Shown here in pieces: positions 46,223 through 57,397 of a DNA stretch of 64,000 bases. Location of the stretch: NCBI GenBank assembly GCA_963765205.1, contig CAVXVB010000005.1, positions 608,001-672,000 of the forward strand, in the 5' to 3' direction. Numbering within the stretch: position 1 is the first letter of the stretch; each line of letters begins with the position of its first letter. The position numbers and the translations under genes are program-made. The notes beneath the pieces were generated by a model. The model saw only the letters and a program-made list of their open reading frames with translations, had not been told where the DNA came from and did not search any database. Source of the stretch: an uncultured Verrucomicrobiae bacterium (GTDB lineage Bacteria; Verrucomicrobiota; Verrucomicrobiia; Opitutales; JABDGR01).

Positions 46223-48091
46223 TCAGGTCGCCGCCACCGCCGGCTGCGCCTTCCAGAAGCGCGCAGGGAGGAAGGCTAGGCCGATGATCAGCAACTGCGT
46301 GAGCCAGAAGATGATCAGCGACACAAACGTGCCTTGCATGAAGCCGTAACTATGAAGGCCGACGCCGAGCAGGTTCACCCCGAACCACGACCACGCCGTC
46401 ACCATGTTGCCGCCGACGGCCAGCGCCATCTGCGTGCGTTCCGTGCAAAGCTTCCCCCAGCGCGCGTGCAGGCAGATCGCGCACCAGAGCACAATCAGCA
46501 GCGCGCCGTTTTCCTTCGGGTCCCAGCCCCAAAAACGGCCCCAGCTTTGGTCGGCCCAAATGCCGCCCAGCATCGTGCCGACGAAGCTGAACAGCGTTGC
46601 AAAACACGTCGTGCCATAGACGAGTTGCCCGAGCAGGCGCAGCAAATCGCGGTCGGGCCGCGGCGAAAGCGCGTTGTATAAAATGTAGCCAATCGCAATC
46701 GCCCCGGTGACGAACATCGCCGCATAGCCGATGGTGATGCACGTCACATGCGTCGAGAGCCACAAATTCGTCGCCAGCACGGCCTGTGGCCGCGCGAGTT
46801 CGTCGCCGCTAAAGGGCAGGTTGTGCGCGATGACCAGCGTGACGAACCCGACCGCCGACGCCACCGCCGCGCCAATGCCGCGCTTGAATAAAATTTCGAT
46901 GACCAGCCCCGCCAGCACGCCGACAAAGCCGACGAACAACGCCGAGGAATACAAACTCGTCACCACCCAGTAGCCGGTCAAATACACGCGCGCGAACAGC
47001 CCCAGCAGTTGCAGGGCAAACCCGAAGGAAATCAGCCCCAGCGCCGCGCGCCGCAGTTCCGGCCCCCACGCCAGCCAACTGATGCACGCGCATAGAAACG
47101 CCATGACATACAACTCCGCGCCGCGGTAGAACGGCTCGACGTGGTTCAGGAACGCCTCGAAACGCGCCTTTTGCGCCGCACCGGGCACATCCAAATCCTT
47201 TTGCAGCGCAGCGACCGCCGCATTGAACCCCACCGGGTCGTCCTTACGCAATGCGGTGCCCAGATCGGCGTAATGCAGCAGCACTGGGCTGACCTGCCCG
47301 CTGCGCAGCGCCTCGAGCGCGCCGTGGCCGAGGTTGCTCCATTGGTCTTCGAGGTTGGCCGGCGGCACCAGGCCGACGATGGCGTCCTTCTCCATATTCA
47401 TGTAACGCTGGGCCTGCAGCGTGAAAGAATCGAGCACGTTCTGATCCACGGTCTTGCCCGCGTCTTTGGCGAGGACCGCCGCCGCGCCAGCTTTGAGCGA
47501 TGATTGCCAGAGCGCCAGATCCTTGGCCGGTTCATCGCCCGGCGGCACGAAGCTCTGCGCCAATTGCTCGAACAACTGGAGGTTGTCGCGCAGGCGCTGG
47601 ACTTCGCCGTCAAAAATGCTGAGCGGTTGCTCGTCCTGCTTTTTTTTATCGGCAACGTCGGCGGCGTTCTCAATGTCGGTGAAGTGCGGCGAAAGATCGG
47701 TGAAGGAAAAATACTGGCTGCCCTGTTGTTTCTCGCCGATGAGGCCCAGCACTTCGTCGCTGTCCACGCGGAACACTTTGGCGCGTTCGGAAAGTTCCGG
47801 CCGCAGCGCAAGGTCGAGGAACCATTGCAACGCGGGCAATTGTACCACATCGGTCGCGTCACCGTTGCGCGGCACGGGTAGTTCGGTGCGCGTGGAAAAG
47901 AGGCGCAGGGTGTTGCGCGCCACGCTGTCTATTGGCAGCACGCGGGTGCCAAACTGCACAGGGAGCCTGCCAAAGCCCGCCAAGTCATAGCCCGAGTCCG
48001 CGCGCGGCGGCAGCAAGCCGGACACGACGATGGCCGCGCCGATAAAAATGATCAGCAGCGACGCCAGATTCTTGAGGGTGGCTTTATTCAT
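46223..48091 (-). CDS. ccsA: Cytochrome c biogenesis protein CcsA/ResC (system II) with N-terminal periplasmic domain
   Basis: WLSTHV, GTMLGGIWADQSWGRFWGWDPKE (WWD domain), GLHSYG. Confidence 0.92.
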   Translation of the reverse strand: MNKATLKNLASLLIIFIGAAIVVSGLLPPRADSGYDLAGFGRLPVQFGTRVLPIDSVARNTLRLFSTRTELPVPRNGDATDVVQLPALQWFLDLALRPELSERAKVFRVDSDEVLGLIGEKQQGSQYFSFTDLSPHFTDIENAADVADKKKQDEQPLSIFDGEVQRLRDNLQLFEQLAQSFVPPGDEPAKDLALWQSSLKAGAAAVLAKDAGKTVDQNVLDSFTLQAQRYMNMEKDAIVGLVPPANLEDQWSNLGHGALEALRSGQVSPVLLHYADLGTALRKDDPVGFNAAVAALQKDLDVPGAAQKARFEAFLNHVEPFYRGAELYVMAFLCACISWLAWGPELRRAALGLISFGFALQLLGLFARVYLTGYWVVTSLYSSALFVGFVGVLAGLVIEILFKRGIGAAVASAVGFVTLVIAHNLPFSGDELARPQAVLATNLWLSTHVTCITIGYAAMFVTGAIAIGYILYNALSPRPDRDLLRLLGQLVYGTTCFATLFSFVGTMLGGIWADQSWGRFWGWDPKENGALLIVLWCAICLHARWGKLCTERTQMALAVGGNMVTAWSWFGVNLLGVGLHSYGFMQGTFVSLIIFWLTQLLIIGLAFLPARFWKAQPAVAAT

Positions 48092-49392
48092 GGCGTGCGG
48101 ATGGCCGCGTTTTGCGGAAGCTTGGGGGAACCGGCGGGTTGCGGTGGCTGGCGGCGGCCGGGCGCGGGTTTCGCCGCGCGCGCGGCCTGCGGCTGGCGGC
48201 GCAAATGGGCGACCAGGCTCAGGGTGAAATGGATGGCCATGCCGACGCCGACCAGCACGACGGCGATATACGGCAGCGGCGCTCCGGGGTTGCGCACGAC
48301 TTGGAGCATCGAGGCGGTGTCGCCTTGCGCGAACGAGGATTGGTAGAACGTCAGCCCGCCGTAGCGCAGCGGGTGGTTCATGTAAATCAACACGGGCCGG
48401 TCTTCGCCCGTCGCCGCATTCGTGAGGTGCACCTGGCTCTCATAGCGCTTGGGCACATCCGTGCCGGGGTAAAGTTCGTGGATGAAATTATCGAGCTTGA
48501 TCGTATACGGCAGGTATTCACGGCGCGGGCGCAGCGCGACTTCCCAAGTGTGGCCGTCCACGGTAAAAGTCTGCGGAAAACTGTCCTTGAAAATCGGCGG
48601 CAGCGTCCGCGCGTCGAACAGTGTTGAAACGAGCCATTGGCCGAGCGAGCCATGCGCGCCTTCGATGTCCACCACCGCGCTGGCGAAGTTCGCCTCCTCG
48701 GTCGTGTAATCGTAGGGCAGCGGCATAACGCTCAAATCGCGGTTGCGCGCGACGCCGTGGTCGGCCGGCAGCACCGGCAAATTGGCCTTCGGTTCTTGCG
48801 AGCGCATGCCGAACGTACTGTTCGGATAATAGAAAACCGTCTTGACCGTGAACGGCAGCGCGGGGTCGTGGATCGGCTGGTTCGGGTCGAGGCGCGACAC
48901 GGGGATGCTTACCACCGTGTCCGTTTTCGGATCCGTATGGTCAATGAAAACCAGGTCGCGATTATGGAACGACTCGATGTAATTTGCCTGCCCGCCGACG
49001 TTGATCCACATGTAATTCTCCTGCTGGAGATAGGCCGTGATAAAGCCGCTGACGATGAGCAGCACGACGCCGGCATGGATGAGCACGATGCCGCTCTTGC
49101 GCCACGATGCGCGGAAATAGCGGAAGTGCGCGCAGCAAAGATTAATCACCAATAGCCCGCCGAGCAAAAACCCGCCCGGCAGCGGAATTTTCAACCAGTG
49201 CAGCGCGTCGGCGCCCGGCCATTGCGCGGGGTATTGCCAAATTACCACCATCGCCTCGAAAAAGCGCCGCTGCACCTCAAACACGCCCCATTGCACCTGC
49301 TCGAATGTCGCCAGCAGCACGAGCAGCATCGAAAACGCCAGCAGCGTGACCGTCAGCCGGAGCGAGGAGAAAAATTTGAACGCGGCGCGCAT
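48088..49392 (-). CDS. resB: Cytochrome c biogenesis protein ResB/CcsB-like
   Basis: FFSSLRLTV.LL, GIVLIHAG, MNHPLRYGG.TFYQSS, NPG..LPY; overlaps ccsA start. Confidence 0.8.
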   Translation of the reverse strand: MRAAFKFFSSLRLTVTLLAFSMLLVLLATFEQVQWGVFEVQRRFFEAMVVIWQYPAQWPGADALHWLKIPLPGGFLLGGLLVINLCCAHFRYFRASWRKSGIVLIHAGVVLLIVSGFITAYLQQENYMWINVGGQANYIESFHNRDLVFIDHTDPKTDTVVSIPVSRLDPNQPIHDPALPFTVKTVFYYPNSTFGMRSQEPKANLPVLPADHGVARNRDLSVMPLPYDYTTEEANFASAVVDIEGAHGSLGQWLVSTLFDARTLPPIFKDSFPQTFTVDGHTWEVALRPRREYLPYTIKLDNFIHELYPGTDVPKRYESQVHLTNAATGEDRPVLIYMNHPLRYGGLTFYQSSFAQGDTASMLQVVRNPGAPLPYIAVVLVGVGMAIHFTLSLVAHLRRQPQAARAAKPAPGRRQPPQPAGSPKLPQNAAIRTP

Positions 49393-49407
49393 GGGAAAAG
49401 GGGTAGT

Positions 49408-50142
49408 CTAATCCTGCCACTGAATGCTGTCGAGAAATGCGCGAAAGGCCGGGCGCTGGCCTTTGACCGCGTCGGTCGGCCCCGAAAGCAGCAGTGACCA
49501 CACCTTGTCAGGCAAAAACACCAGGACGCCATCAAGGCTTTGACCATCCGGGCCGTCGAGGGACACGAGCTGCGCCGCGCGGCCGTTGAGCGTAAGGTTC
49601 TGCACATTATCGCCGAGGTGTTCTTCCGTCAAATCCGCCGTCAACCCGACTTTGCCGCGCCAGCGGTTGACGTTGGCCAGCAGGCCGCCGAGTTGGCCCT
49701 CGAACACACTCACGGAAATTTCAGCCTGTTGGTCCGCAGCCGCATTGGCCGGCGCGCGCCAGCTTCCCTTGCGCGTGGCCGTCAATGCCTCCGCCGCCCA
49801 ATCGGCGGGGGGCGACCACTTCGGCGTCGGCGTGGCGGCGGTGAATTCCGCCATGCCGGGCAGCGCCGCCATGCCCCCCGCCGGTCCGGCCATCGTCGGC
49901 GCGGCCGTGCCATCGGGAATCGCGGGATGGCCGGCCGGGAGTTCCGCCGAGAGGTTGGCGGCTACAGGCCCCGATTCGACTTCCTTCGGCACTTGCTCGA
50001 CGCGAATCGAGTCGTCGCTTTGGGGTTTGCAGCCGGACGCGGCCAGCGCCGCGACGGCAGCCGTGGCGAGGAAAAATGCGTTCAGGTGCGAACGCCGATG
50101 GAGGATGGGCAGGGACACAAGCGTGGGGCGGGATTCAGCCAA
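49408..50142 (-). CDS. Hypothetical lipoprotein upstream of resB (start uncertain)
   Basis: ASGC lipobox-like site, LPAGHP, GGLLANVNRWR. Confidence 0.7.
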   Translation of the reverse strand: MAESRPTLVSLPILHRRSHLNAFFLATAAVAALAASGCKPQSDDSIRVEQVPKEVESGPVAANLSAELPAGHPAIPDGTAAPTMAGPAGGMAALPGMAEFTAATPTPKWSPPADWAAEALTATRKGSWRAPANAAADQQAEISVSVFEGQLGGLLANVNRWRGKVGLTADLTEEHLGDNVQNLTLNGRAAQLVSLDGPDGQSLDGVLVFLPDKVWSLLLSGPTDAVKGQRPAFRAFLDSIQWQD

Positions 50143-50241
50143 CGTAGGGATTATGCCGGAAAAGGATAAGCGCCAGAAACCGAAAAGTAAGGCCGATGCA
50201 CGTAATAAGCAAAGTTTTTGACAGCTATTTCAGGGGCCGTT

Positions 50242-51345
50242 TTAGTTGGCGAACTTGAACAGCGCCACGTCGCCGTCCTGAAACAGGTAGTCGCGGCCTT
50301 CCAGACGATATTTGCCCGCCTCGCGTGCGGCAGCAATGGAGCCGACGGCGATCAAATCCGGGTAGGACACGACTTCGGCCTTGATAAACCCCTTCTCAAA
50401 ATCGGTGTGGATGACGCCCGCGCACTGCGGCGCGGTCATGCCTTTGCGGAACGTCCACGCGCGCGCCTCTTTCTCGCCCGCCGTGAAATACGAGGCCAGC
50501 CCCAGCAGCGCGTAAGCCGCGCGGATGAGCTGCGACACGCCGCTGTCCTTGACCCCGAGTTCGCGCAGATACTCGGCGGCTTCGGCGGGGGCCAGGTCGC
50601 CCAGTTCCTCCTCGATTTTCGCGCAAATCACGCAACAGCCCGCGCCGAGGTGGTCGGCGGCGTATTTTTTCACGCACGCGACGTAGCGGTTGTTTTCCGG
50701 CGCGGCCATGTCCGCCTCGGCGACGTTGCAGGCGAACAGAACGGGCTTCGACGAGAGCAGCCCGGCGTGCTGCATTAGGACTTTTTCGTCCGCGTGCAAC
50801 TCCATCAAATTAGCCGGTTTGCCCGCGCCGAGGTGCTCAATGACGCGCTCGTAAAATGCCATCTGCGCCACGCCTTCCTTGTCGTGGCCCTTGGCTTTGG
50901 CCCGCGCGCGGACGAGCTGGCTCTGCGCGCTTTCCAAATCGGACAGCAGCAGTTCGGTCGAAATAATCTCGATGTCGCGCACGGGGTCCACCCCGCCCAT
51001 CGTGTGGACGACATCCGGGTCCTCGAAACAGCGCACGACATGGACAATGGCGCTCACCTCGCGGATATGGGCCAGGAATTTGTTGCCGAGGCCCTCGCCC
51101 TTGCTCGCGCCCGCGACCAGCCCGGCGATGTCCACAAACTCCATCGCCGCCGGGATGATGACGGCGGTCTTGGCGATTTTCGCCAGCGGCGCCAGGCGCT
51201 CGTCCGGCACCTCGACCGCGCCGACATTCGGGTCAATCGTGCAAAACGGGTAGTTCGCCGCCTCGGCCTTGCGCGAGCGCGTCAATGCGTTGAACAAGGT
51301 GCTTTTGCCCACATTGGGCAGCCCGACGATGCCGGCTTGAAGCAT
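50242..51345 (-). CDS. ychF: Ribosome-binding ATPase YchF
   Basis: [51 protein letters not shown]. Confidence 0.98.
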   Translation of the reverse strand: MLQAGIVGLPNVGKSTLFNALTRSRKAEAANYPFCTIDPNVGAVEVPDERLAPLAKIAKTAVIIPAAMEFVDIAGLVAGASKGEGLGNKFLAHIREVSAIVHVVRCFEDPDVVHTMGGVDPVRDIEIISTELLLSDLESAQSQLVRARAKAKGHDKEGVAQMAFYERVIEHLGAGKPANLMELHADEKVLMQHAGLLSSKPVLFACNVAEADMAAPENNRYVACVKKYAADHLGAGCCVICAKIEEELGDLAPAEAAEYLRELGVKDSGVSQLIRAAYALLGLASYFTAGEKEARAWTFRKGMTAPQCAGVIHTDFEKGFIKAEVVSYPDLIAVGSIAAAREAGKYRLEGRDYLFQDGDVALFKFAN

Positions 51346-51523
51346 GGAAGATATGGATGAAGGATGGAGGCGGAAGGATGAAAAGCAGCCCGCGCGATGC
51401 GTGGCTGGCGTCCATTGGGTGGGTCAAACTACCCATCATGCCTTGGCCGCCCGCCAACAGCCAGCCAAAAGAGCAACTCCCCGCTTGCCACTAGGCGCGG
51501 GGCCGGGTAGGGATGGAGCGCCT

Positions 51524-53089
51524 ATGAGCGATTCTTCCGCCCCTTCTTTGCCCTCACCTGCGCCCGCTGCCGCACCGGTTCCCGCCACGCCTGCGCCGGT
51601 GACGATGGACGCGCTCATCGCCTTGTGCAAGCGGCGCGGGTTCGTGTATCCGTCGTCGGAAATTTACGGGGGCTTGAACGGCTTTTTTGACTATGGGCCG
51701 CTGGGTTCCGAGCTGCGCCGCAACATCCGCAACGCCTGGTGGGAAGACATGGTCCACCGGCGCGACGACATCGTGGGCCTTGACTGCTCCATCATTTCGC
51801 ACGCGAAGGTCTGGGAGGCCTCGGGCCATATCCAGGGCTTTTCCGACCCCATGGTGGATTGCAAGGAGTCCAAGCAGCGCTACCGGGCCGACCAGTTGTT
51901 CTTCGCGCCGGTCGTCGTCGCGGGCGAGACCATCGGCTACGTCTGCGTGCTCGAGGACGCCAACATGCAGGCCGAGGCCGATGAAAAGGCGCTCGACCTC
52001 AAGCGCAAGCTGGCCAAGCAGGGCGCGCTCGAGCCGATTGTGCTCCGGGATTACACGAACGCGAAGCCCGACGAATACGCGCTCATCCCCTCGCCCGCCA
52101 CCGGCAAACCCGGCTCGCTCACGCCGCCGCGCGATTTCAATTTGATGTTCCAGACCTATGTCGGCGCGCTGCGCGACGAAAGCGGCGTCGCCTACCTGCG
52201 GCCCGAGACCGCGCAGGGCATGTTCTTCAATTTCAAAAACGTGGTGGATACCACGCGCGTGAAGCTGCCCTTCGGCATCGCGCAAATCGGGCGCTCGTTC
52301 CGCAACGAAATCACGCCGCGCAACTTCATCTTCCGCTCGCGCGAGTTCGAGCAAATGGAAATGGAATACTTCATCCACCCCGACGCCGACTGGCAGAAGG
52401 AGCACCGCGTCTGGATTGACTGGTGCAAAAACTGGCTCATGTCCATCGGCCTGCCCGCGGCGCGGCTCTCCGAATACGACCACCCGAAGGCCAAGCTGGC
52501 GTTTTACTCGCGCGGGACCACGGATATCATGTTCCACTACCCGTTCGGCGTGCAGGAATTGTGGGGCATCGCGGCGCGCGGCGACTACGATTTGAAGCAG
52601 CACATCAAATTTTCCGGCAAGCCGCTCGAGTATTTCGACGAGGCTGCGAAGTCGCGCGTCATTCCGCACGTCATCGAGCCGGCCGTCGGCGTGGACCGCA
52701 TCTTTCTCGCCGTGCTGTGCAGCGCGTATGAGGAGGACGTCATCGAGGGCGAAAAGCGCGTCGTGCTGCACCTGCATCCGCGGCTGGCGCCGGTCAAGGT
52801 CGCCGTCTTCCCACTGGTGAAAAACAAGCCGGAATTGCTCGCGCGCGCCGAGGCGCTCTACCGCAAGCTCAAGCGCCGCTGGAACGTGTTCTGGGACGTG
52901 TCGGGCGCGATTGGCCGCCGCTACCGCCGCATGGACGAAATCGGCACGCCCTTCTGCGTCACCGTGGACTTCGACACCATCGAGAAGGACGGCAGCGTCA
53001 CCCTCCGCGAGCGCGACTCGACCAAGCAGATGCGCCTGAGCGAGGACGAACTCCTCGCCGAACTGGCGCGGCAGATTGACGGAGCGTGA
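51524..53089 (+). CDS. glyQS: Glycine--tRNA ligase (alpha2 type)
   Basis: [63 protein letters not shown]. Confidence 0.97.
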   Translation: MSDSSAPSLPSPAPAAAPVPATPAPVTMDALIALCKRRGFVYPSSEIYGGLNGFFDYGPLGSELRRNIRNAWWEDMVHRRDDIVGLDCSIISHAKVWEASGHIQGFSDPMVDCKESKQRYRADQLFFAPVVVAGETIGYVCVLEDANMQAEADEKALDLKRKLAKQGALEPIVLRDYTNAKPDEYALIPSPATGKPGSLTPPRDFNLMFQTYVGALRDESGVAYLRPETAQGMFFNFKNVVDTTRVKLPFGIAQIGRSFRNEITPRNFIFRSREFEQMEMEYFIHPDADWQKEHRVWIDWCKNWLMSIGLPAARLSEYDHPKAKLAFYSRGTTDIMFHYPFGVQELWGIAARGDYDLKQHIKFSGKPLEYFDEAAKSRVIPHVIEPAVGVDRIFLAVLCSAYEEDVIEGEKRVVLHLHPRLAPVKVAVFPLVKNKPELLARAEALYRKLKRRWNVFWDVSGAIGRRYRRMDEIGTPFCVTVDFDTIEKDGSVTLRERDSTKQMRLSEDELLAELARQIDGA

Positions 53090-53131
53090 TTGATTTACGG
53101 CCTTTTTAGTGTTACTATAATAAGATTGTCC

Positions 53132-53479
53132 ATGAGACCTCAATATTTCCATTGGGTGCGCTCCAATAAGGCCAACAAGATTATGATGCTAATCTTGATT
53201 CCCTTCTTTTTGGCTTTAATGGCTTGGGGCATTCATGGGGAATTTATTGCCGGCACGCCTGTATCCTGGTTTGGTGGCGAGTATCTTGATGGGCGCTACC
53301 AAATCATCAACCACGGCATGACCTTCCAGCTTAGTCCGCAAAATTTCTGGATTAACTATTCCCTTTGCTGGTTTTGGACAACGTTGCTCTTGGCCTATGG
53401 AGTGGCTTTGTTGTTCTTATTGCATAAAGGCAAGATTCGCAAAGTCGCTGCTGGGCATCAGCCGCCAAACGCGTTTTAA
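53132..53479 (+). CDS. Hypothetical two-TM membrane protein (AT-richer)
   Basis: 115 aa, two hydrophobic segments. Confidence 0.6.
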   Translation: MRPQYFHWVRSNKANKIMMLILIPFFLALMAWGIHGEFIAGTPVSWFGGEYLDGRYQIINHGMTFQLSPQNFWINYSLCWFWTTLLLAYGVALLFLLHKGKIRKVAAGHQPPNAF

Positions 53480-53590
53480 GGGCATAGGTCGGCAAAAAGC
53501 TTCCACTTGTGGAGTTGGAAACACCCATCGCCCCGTGGCCAAACAGTTTTGCCTTGCCAGTTTCCCAGCTTTCTGGTTTCCTGGGTTTCC

Positions 53591-53863
53591 ATGAAGACGA
53601 CCCTGGAGATTCCCGACGCCCTTTACCGCGAGGTCAAAATCCGCGCGGCGCGCGACGGCGTGAAAGTGAAGGACTTGGTGGCAAAGGGATTGACGAGCGT
53701 TTTGCACGAAGCCCCGCCGACCAAGACCCCGAAGAAAAAATCCATTTTCCCGCTTTTTCACGGCCCCGGCGGCCCGCTGCTGCAACAAAAAGAACTGCGC
53801 AGCCTGAGTTTTCTCGACGACCAAGATGACCTCGACCGCTATCAGCGCGCTCTTCGACGTTAA
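53591..53863 (+). CDS. VapB-like antitoxin
   Basis: MKTTLEIPDALYREVKIRAA..G..VKDLV..GL RHH pattern; overlaps PIN gene. Confidence 0.87.
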   Translation: MKTTLEIPDALYREVKIRAARDGVKVKDLVAKGLTSVLHEAPPTKTPKKKSIFPLFHGPGGPLLQQKELRSLSFLDDQDDLDRYQRALRR

Positions 53864-54260
53864 CGTCTGGCTCGCCTTGAGCCACCGCGCCCACCCGCAT
53901 CATGCGGAAGCCTTGGCCCGGCAAGCGGAATTGCCGCCGGGGGCTTTTTGCCGCCCCACCCAATTGGCGCTGTTGCGTTTGTTGACCCGGCCCGAAGTCA
54001 TGGGGCCGGACACGCAAACGGCTGCGGATGCGTGGCAAACCTACCGCGGCTTGCTGGAGCGGAACGACGCCTCGTTCGTCGAGGAACCCGCCGGTCTTGA
54101 GGAGGTTTGGAAAAAATTGTCCTCGGACTATGACGTGCGCTCCGCCAATTCCTGGAGCGACGCCTACCTCGCCGCATTTGCCGTCTGCGCCGGGTTGCAG
54201 CTGGTGACCTTTGACCGCGGCTTCCGGCGGTTCAAGGGCCTCCATTGCCGGGTTTTATAA
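53826..54260 (+). CDS. vapC: PIN-domain VapC toxin
   Basis: FDVNVWLAL...HPHH, LLRLLT, WSDAYLAAFA, LVTFDRGF. Confidence 0.9.
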   Translation: MTSTAISALFDVNVWLALSHRAHPHHAEALARQAELPPGAFCRPTQLALLRLLTRPEVMGPDTQTAADAWQTYRGLLERNDASFVEEPAGLEEVWKKLSSDYDVRSANSWSDAYLAAFAVCAGLQLVTFDRGFRRFKGLHCRVL

Positions 54261-54305
54261 ACCAAGCCTTTCATTTGGCGGAAACGCCCAGTTCCCGACC
54301 CAACC

Positions 54306-55364
54306 TTACTTCGCGCTGGAACTGGTCGCGGCGGGGGCCGGTTGCATGGTTATCGCTTGGTTCCGCAAAATCTGTTTCACGGTGTCGTCATTGGCCGCCT
54401 GCGCCGCCGGCGCGGGCACCGGGGTCAGTTGCCCGATGGGCTTGTCGCCAATCGCAATATCGTCGAAATAGATGTTGATATTCTTGGTGATGGCCGCGGC
54501 CTGCGCAAACGTGCGGAATCCAAAGTCCAATTCCGTAAAGCCGCCGATCAGCCCGCTGGTCTTGCTGACGTTGGGATTGACGACCTTGGTATAGGTAAAC
54601 GGCGCGTTGGTGGTCAACTTGCCATCCACCCAGATGACGATCTGGTCGGGCTTGTCGTTGAATTCCCATTCCAGGCAAAACCAGCGTGCCACCGGCAGGG
54701 CGCCCTGGTGCGGGGGCACCTCCCCCTTGGGTACATCCGGGGTCGGGGCGTTGATTTGCAACGAGGGCTGAAATTGTCCGGTGTAGGTGCCGATTTCCAG
54801 CCAATTGGCCGTCGGGAAACCTGTCGTGCCGGCGAACATCAGCACGCTATGCGGGTCGGGCACACCGCTGATATAAACATACGCCCGGCCGTAAAAATGG
54901 TCGTGCAGCGCCGCCGGCACCGCCATGCTGACAAAGGCATAAGAACGACTGGTGCCGGCCGGGTAGGTGATCTTGAGCGCGTTTTTCCCATGCGCGACCA
55001 TGTCTTGCTCCACCGTGACGGTGGCCGCGCCGGTCACGTGCGTCGTCCATATTTTGTCGTTGAGCGCGCCGGATTCAAAATCCTCCGTGAAAAGTGCCGG
55101 GCCGTTGGCCGGCCGATCCCAAGGTTGCAGGGGAAACGAGGGGGAGGTCGCCCCAGCGGCCGCAGCCCGGGGGCTGCGGCGGCCGGGACCCGTCGCGGAA
55201 CCAGCCGCAGGACTGCTCGACGAGCTGGCGGCGGCGGGCATCGCCGCAGGTGCGGAAGCCGCCGCCGAAACAGCGGCGGGCGCGGCCGGTTGGGCGGCGC
55301 CAGTGGCAGGCATCAGCAAACAAACCGAGAGACTGAGGGATGTGAGGTATTTTTGGGGGTTCAT
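54306..55364 (-). CDS. Secreted beta-sandwich (Cip1/polysaccharide lyase-like) protein, paralog 1, intact
   Basis: Signal MNPQKYLTSLSL, A/P linker, PWDRP, FTEDFESG, HFYGRAYVY, RWFCLEWEF, WVDG, YFDDIAIG; 1059 nt in frame. Confidence 0.75.
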   Translation of the reverse strand: MNPQKYLTSLSLSVCLLMPATGAAQPAAPAAVSAAASAPAAMPAAASSSSSPAAGSATGPGRRSPRAAAAGATSPSFPLQPWDRPANGPALFTEDFESGALNDKIWTTHVTGAATVTVEQDMVAHGKNALKITYPAGTSRSYAFVSMAVPAALHDHFYGRAYVYISGVPDPHSVLMFAGTTGFPTANWLEIGTYTGQFQPSLQINAPTPDVPKGEVPPHQGALPVARWFCLEWEFNDKPDQIVIWVDGKLTTNAPFTYTKVVNPNVSKTSGLIGGFTELDFGFRTFAQAAAITKNINIYFDDIAIGDKPIGQLTPVPAPAAQAANDDTVKQILRNQAITMQPAPAATSSSAK

Positions 55365-55435
55365 GGTGGAAAAATATGGCCTTACACCGGCCGGCCAGGG
55401 GAGTTCGCAGTCAGGACATTGCCTCCTCCCGCTGC

Positions 55436-56370
55436 TCACTTCGCGGTGGAACTGCCGGCCGGAGCAGCGGGCGCGGCCACGGGCGGCAGTGGCCCGATGG
55501 GTTTGTCGCCAATCGCAATGTCGTCGTAATAGATATCTTCGTCCGTGGGATTGTTGCCCCAGGAGCGGAAGCCGAGCGCGTATTCAAAAAAACCGCCCGT
55601 CAGGTCAGCGTCTTTACCCTGCAATGCCTGCGGCTGGTTGGCGACTAACTTGCCATCAACCCACATGACAATCCGGTCGGGTTTATCAATGAACTCCCAT
55701 TCGAGGCAAAACCACCGGCCAATCGGCGGCGGGCCACCCACCAGCGGGGTCGTTTCCAAGCGGGGCACATTCGGCCCATTCTGCTGAATGGAGGGTTGAA
55801 ATACTCCCCGGCGAAAGCCAATTTCCAGGAAATTCGACACCGGGTAGCCCGTCGAGCCGGCGTTCATGAACACGCTGTGGCCCGTCGGCATGACGTTGAT
55901 GAACACATAGGCGCGGCCATAAAAATGTTCCCGCAGCGCCTCCGGCACGGTCATGCCAATAAACGCATAGGCCCCCGAGCCTTTCGGATAATGAATGTGG
56001 AGGGCGTTTTTGCCGTGCGCGACTTTGTCTTGTTCAACCGCGATCGTCGCATTCCCGTTGACAATCGTCGTCCAAATTTTATCGCTGATGGCGCCCGCTT
56101 CAAAATCCTCAGTAAAGAGCGGCGGGCCATCCGCAGGGCGGTCCCAAGGTGCCGGTGGCCCGGCGGGAGCAGACGCCGCCGGAGGGGCGCCAGTGCCACG
56201 ACGGCCTTGCGCAGGAGCAGTGCCGGCGGAAGCACTACTGGACGCCGCCGAGGTTTCGGCGGAGGCCGCAGCCGCGGCAGGCGCGGCGCCGTTTGGGCGA
56301 CGCCAGGATTGGTAACGAGCGAACAAACCGCGAGCGTCAGCGGCAGGAGGTATTTTTGGGGGAGGGGCAT
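55436..56370 (-). pseudogene. Paralog 2, frameshifted in linker (~56285)
   Basis: Signal MPLPQKYLLPLTLAVCSLVTNPGVAQT is out of frame with the body; span 935 nt (3n+2). Confidence 0.75.
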
Positions 56371-56388
56371 GGGGGGGAAAGTGTATCG

Positions 56389-56442
56389 GGTAGGGACGGC
56401 TATCCGAGCCGTCCACGGACGCCGCGGAGTGGCGTCCCTACC
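56389..56442. repeat. GTAG-type REP-like doublet
   Basis: GGTAGGGACGGCT-atccg-AGCCGTCC-ac-GGACGCCGC-gga-GTGGCGTCCCTACC. Confidence 0.75.
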
Positions 56443-56447
56443 GCGCA

Positions 56448-57355
56448 TCATTTCGCAGCGGAACTATCGGCCGGGGCGTCTGCTGCCGCCGGGGTCGGCG
56501 GGGCGGATGCGGCCACGGGCGTCAGTTGCCCGATGGGTTTATCGCCAATCGCGATGTCGTCGTAGTAAATATCAACATCCTTGGCGGGGGCGGACCAAGA
56601 GCGGAAGCCGACGTAATATTCAAAGAAACCGCCGGTTAATCCGGAGGTCTTGGAGTGATCCTGGCTCGAAAATTTCTCGTTGACCGCCAGCTTGCCGTCA
56701 ATCCACATGACAATCTGGTCGGGTTTGTCATTATATTCCCATTCGAGGCAAAACCAGCGGCCCGCCGGCGGAGTTCCTTGGAGCGGGTGGTCTTCGTAGC
56801 GGGGCACATTCGGCCCGTTCTGCTGAAACGAGGGCTGAAACTGGTTCTGGCGCATGCCGATTTCCAGGAAATTGGATGTCGGGTAACCCGGCGAGCCGGC
56901 GGTCATCAGGACGCAGTGGCCGGAAGGGATGGTTTGCATATAAACATAGGCGCGGCCATAAAAATGATCGCGCAGGGCTTCCGGCACCGTAAGGCCAATA
57001 AAGGCAATCGCATTCCGGGCTCCCGCCGGATAATGGACATGGAGGGCATTCTTGCCGTGTGCGACAAAGTCTTTCTCTACGGTGACAGTGGCATTGCCGG
57101 TGGCGGCAATCGTCCACTTTTTACTATCAATCGCGCCCGATTCAAAATCCTCCGCAAAAACCGCCGGGCCGTCCGCGGGCCGGTCCCGCGGGGCCGGAGC
57201 GCGCGGGCGGGAGCGCTGGCCGCTGGTGCGGCGGCGGGCGCCGGACTGGCGGCCGCAGAGGAAGCGGCAGGCACGGCGGTTTGGGCTATGCCAGTGCTGG
57301 CGATAACCAAAGAAAATGCAAGGCTAAGGGGTAGGAGGTGTTTTTGGGGGTGCAT
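56448..57355 (-). pseudogene. Paralog 3, frameshifted in linker (~57203)
   Basis: Signal MHPQKHLLPLSLAFSLVIASTGIAQT is out of frame with PRDRPADGPAVFAEDFESG body; span 908 nt (3n+2). Confidence 0.75.
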
Positions 57356-57372
57356 GGGGGGAAGATGTAATG

Positions 57373-57392
57373 GGTAGGGACGGCTCCCTACC
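57373..57392. repeat. Internally collapsed copy of the REP-like element
   Basis: GGTAGGGACGGCTCCCTACC followed by the same flank gcgcatcatttcgc as at 56443. Confidence 0.7.
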
Positions 57393-57397
57393 GCGCA

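Noticed and set aside
53110..53122. TGTTACTATAATA matching 13 nt of the Rrf2 operator
   Set aside because: Right arm not palindromic; explained equally well by a TATAAT -10 box in an AT-rich insert
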